Source: Dimorphilus gyrociliatus (lineage: Eukaryota; Animalia; Annelida). From it: 64,000 nucleotides of DNA. The stretch spans positions 3,963,891 to 4,027,890 of the forward strand of contig CAJFCJ010000002.1 in NCBI GenBank assembly GCA_904063045.1. Reading direction: 5' to 3'. The notes under the pieces were generated by a model that was not told where the DNA came from, did no database searches, and saw only the letters and a program-made list of their open reading frames with translations. Each line of letters opens with the position of its first letter. The first letter of the stretch is position 1. The position numbers were made by a program, and so were the translations under genes. This document shows positions 61,401 to 64,000 of the stretch, one piece after another.

Positions 61401-64000
61401 TGGAATTAGCTGATCTTCATCATGGCTCATTCCAGATCTAAAATGTGTAATTCCAATATCTGTTTGCTTACTCCACCTAAGATCACTTTGAGGAATTAAA
61501 ACATGACCCATGGACAACATGCCTAGACCTCCCAATTCTTTAGGAGTATAAAACACAACGGGAGGAAATCTTGAGGGCATTTTAGAATTCAAACCAATTT
61601 TCACTCTTGTTTGAATCTTATTTTCACATTTGACTAATAAATCCAATAAATCTTGGGTATTAACGACTGCCTCTCTAAAGTATGTCATTAAACCAATCAG
61701 AGCAGTATTCCATTTGTTAACAATTTTTGTAAATGTTGTTGATCCAGAAGCCATCAAGATCTGTCTGACTCTATTGTGGAATCTTTGCATCGAATCATTA
61801 TCAACTCTAAGGAAACATTGCGCAGTGCGCTCTTTAGTTATTTCATTTTGTAAATTCCAAACTCCATCCTTGTGAGTTAAGTTTTCTTCAATTGCTCGAC
61901 ACTTGGGCAATATTCTACACTCGAAGCCGCACATGTCAAACAGCAAATTCGGATTGTCTTTAGAGTAAACGGATACAAAACTTTGTTCCCAAATAATTGT
62001 AGTAACACTTCTTGGCAGACGATTTTTAATATCCCAAAATACAGCTCTTCCCAAGTTAACATCATGCTTCATGAGTCTCATTCTTGCGTCTCTTGGCCAG
62101 CATTTTTTGTTGTTGTATCCAACAATATTTTCATTGTTTGGATCAGGATGTTCAGTCAAGTATCTCTGCACTAAATCTTTAGCTTCGTCAGCAGTAAAGC
62201 GGAAAAGCATGTGGATTCTATCTATGTAACGAGAATAGAGACGAATTGGATGGGCATTTTCAATTGACATGTTATGGAAAGTTAAAAAGTCATTGGGCAT
62301 TTGAGGGGGACCTGCCATTTCACTGGCTCTTTGTAGCCCAAGTACTAATAAATCCAAAACCAAACCGTAGTATTGACAAATAAATGAGGCAAATTGAAGT
62401 CCCCTAATGATACCATATGAATTAGTATGGTTCATATCTTTATAATTGATAACGACATTAGACTTGGCCGTCATATAGTCAGCAATATTATGATCTACGA
62501 TCAATCTAAGCAATCTGTTAAGTAGAGTCAAATCCATTTTTTCGTACATTTTGTCAAAAGTGGTTTCCATCATGACATTACACTCTCCTTCATTTGTATC
62601 CCAAACATCTTGTAAATTATTGATACCCTGACACCATTTATAGACAAGTGACGGTGGTGGTTCAGAATCAGATGGTTTAACCCATGGAGGAAACAGTCTA
62701 CGTTTATCTGCCTCATACCAAAGGTACTGATCGAGGTAAGCATCTGTAATCTTTTCAAGGGGTTCAATATCGTACACTGGTATAACATGAGAGTATAAAT
62801 CCATGAATTCTATTCCGACTTCCTTGAAAGTACGTTGAGTTAGCAAGTGTCTTTTAATTCTGGATAAAGCTTCGTGTGGATTATCATAGGCCTGTTCAAT
62901 TAGACCTAATTCTTCGCGTTGTGAATGGTTCAATCTAGATTTCACACTGTAAGCTTCCTTTAGTCGCTCCAAAGCTAAAATAAGCAGTTTAGTGTCATGT
63001 TTATAAGACAAGGGAGGAAAGGGAATAGGTGAAAATCTTCTGGATTCAAGCCAGTGAACTGTTGTTGTATATATAGCAACAGCCTCTTCAGCACTAATAT
63101 ATGGACCATCCTTTAGATAGTTATGTTGCCTCTCCTGCTCTGCTTTCAAGAAAAGTCTAGTTAATCTTCCAAGATTCTTCTTGCAGACTGTCTTATCGAC
63201 AGTTGCTCCTCGTCGAATTCTTTCTCGATTGTAGTGAGCTGTATTTGTCCACCAGTCAGCTTTTGCTTTAACATAACGTAAAATCATATTTTCAATGGGT
63301 ATTGGTAATCCTGGAACCTTCCATGGAATGTTAGCTTTCCAGCACCTCCAAGCCTCGGATAAGTGCTGCAAAATTGTTCTAGCCTTATTTTGCTTGATTC
63401 CATCCGGCATCATATCTAAAATATCGTGCATAACAGCTGCACGTAACTCCAAATCAAAGTGAGACTCAACTCTTTGTTTTGTTACAGTTTTCGCTACTCC
63501 TTTCGAGTGTCTTCCTTCAAACTGACGAGAAAGAAGATTACCAAGCCACCTCTCCAACAGAGGAGTAACACCTCTCATAAAAAATAGCCAAACTCTCCAT
63601 CCTGGTGCCCAAAATCCAACACCAGGACCTTTTCCTACACTGCCAGTATTAAAGCGGTAATATATAACATGCTTCAGATCTTTGCACATTCTTATCTGCT
63701 TCATAATTTTGTACTTGTATCTATACATTCCGGTTAATTGTCCGATATGAGCAAATATGTATTGCAGACCATCTGCCAGTTGAAAAGCGTCAATGTTACC
63801 CAATCTATATTGGACATGAGAATCAACAATAAGCTTCGTCAATCTGAGGATCTCACGACACAAGTGAAAGGCATTTCCAAATCTAGACTTCTTTCTCTCT
63901 TTAGTTGTTAAGGTTTTTACTGGCTTCAAGTTGAAATTGAAATCCAAATGAAGATAATTTAAATTTTTTCTGTGAATCAAAAGATTCAGCATGTTATATC
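58428..64000 (-). CDS. PRPF8: Pre-mRNA-processing-splicing factor 8 (5' part beyond the window end)
   Basis: Near-invariant PRP8 sequence over about 1780 aa (RT-like, endonuclease, RNaseH-like, Jab1/MPN). A 60-nt intron 58645-58586, then last exon 58585-58428 ([17 protein letters not shown]). Confidence 0.99.

Noticed and set aside
20180-62788. Many 60-120 aa ORFs antisense to or out of frame within ABCA3, DOP1, CD2AP, ATP1A and PRPF8
   Set aside because: These are shadow ORFs of real coding exons. Many start at TTG, GTG or CTG, which are not normal starts in a nuclear animal gene.
1-64000. CRISPR arrays, transposase or RT ORFs, terminal inverted repeats, rRNA or snRNA genes, U12-type introns, horizontally acquired genes
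   Set aside because: None seen by eye. All reconstructed introns are GT-AG without the U12 5' consensus, and all recognisable genes are ordinary metazoan families. A RepeatMasker and Infernal run would be needed to exclude short degenerate elements.

Overview
Eukaryotic (animal, probably lophotrochozoan) nuclear DNA. It is AT-rich and gene-dense, with mostly 50-110 nt GT-AG introns, intergenic gaps as small as 88 nt and several head-to-head gene pairs. This resembles a miniaturised genome such as the annelid Dimorphilus (inference only). I reconstructed about 19 protein-coding genes by hand from splice signals: TMTC3 (runs off the left edge), an orphan two-Ig-domain protein, an SLC16/MCT transporter, neutral sphingomyelinase SMPD2, a SIFamide/NPFF-type GPCR, ABCA3, a C2H2 zinc-finger protein, LSM5, myosin essential light chain, a ZC3H8-like CCCH protein, DOP1/Dopey, TIMM13, CHORDC1, CD2AP/CIN85, NUP43, Na+/K+-ATPase alpha, PRPF8 (runs off the right edge) and 2-3 orphans. 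There is also one tRNA-Phe(GAA) and several microsatellites. I saw no CRISPR array, prokaryotic feature or transposon ORF, and nothing I can support as a wholly new multi-gene system. The most interesting signal is a hidden regulatory layer in the few long introns. It includes a 24-nt frame-preserving microexon in DOP1 with neural-microexon hallmarks, about 1 kb of unexplained coding sequence plus a micro or mutually exclusive exon in CD2AP, a cassette exon in ABCA3, and a heat-shock element inside CHORDC1. Other leads are a Q111E Na-pump paralog, an ABCA C-terminal cysteine string and an operon-like 88-nt gene spacing. All coordinates were counted by hand and all homology calls are from recall, not database searches.
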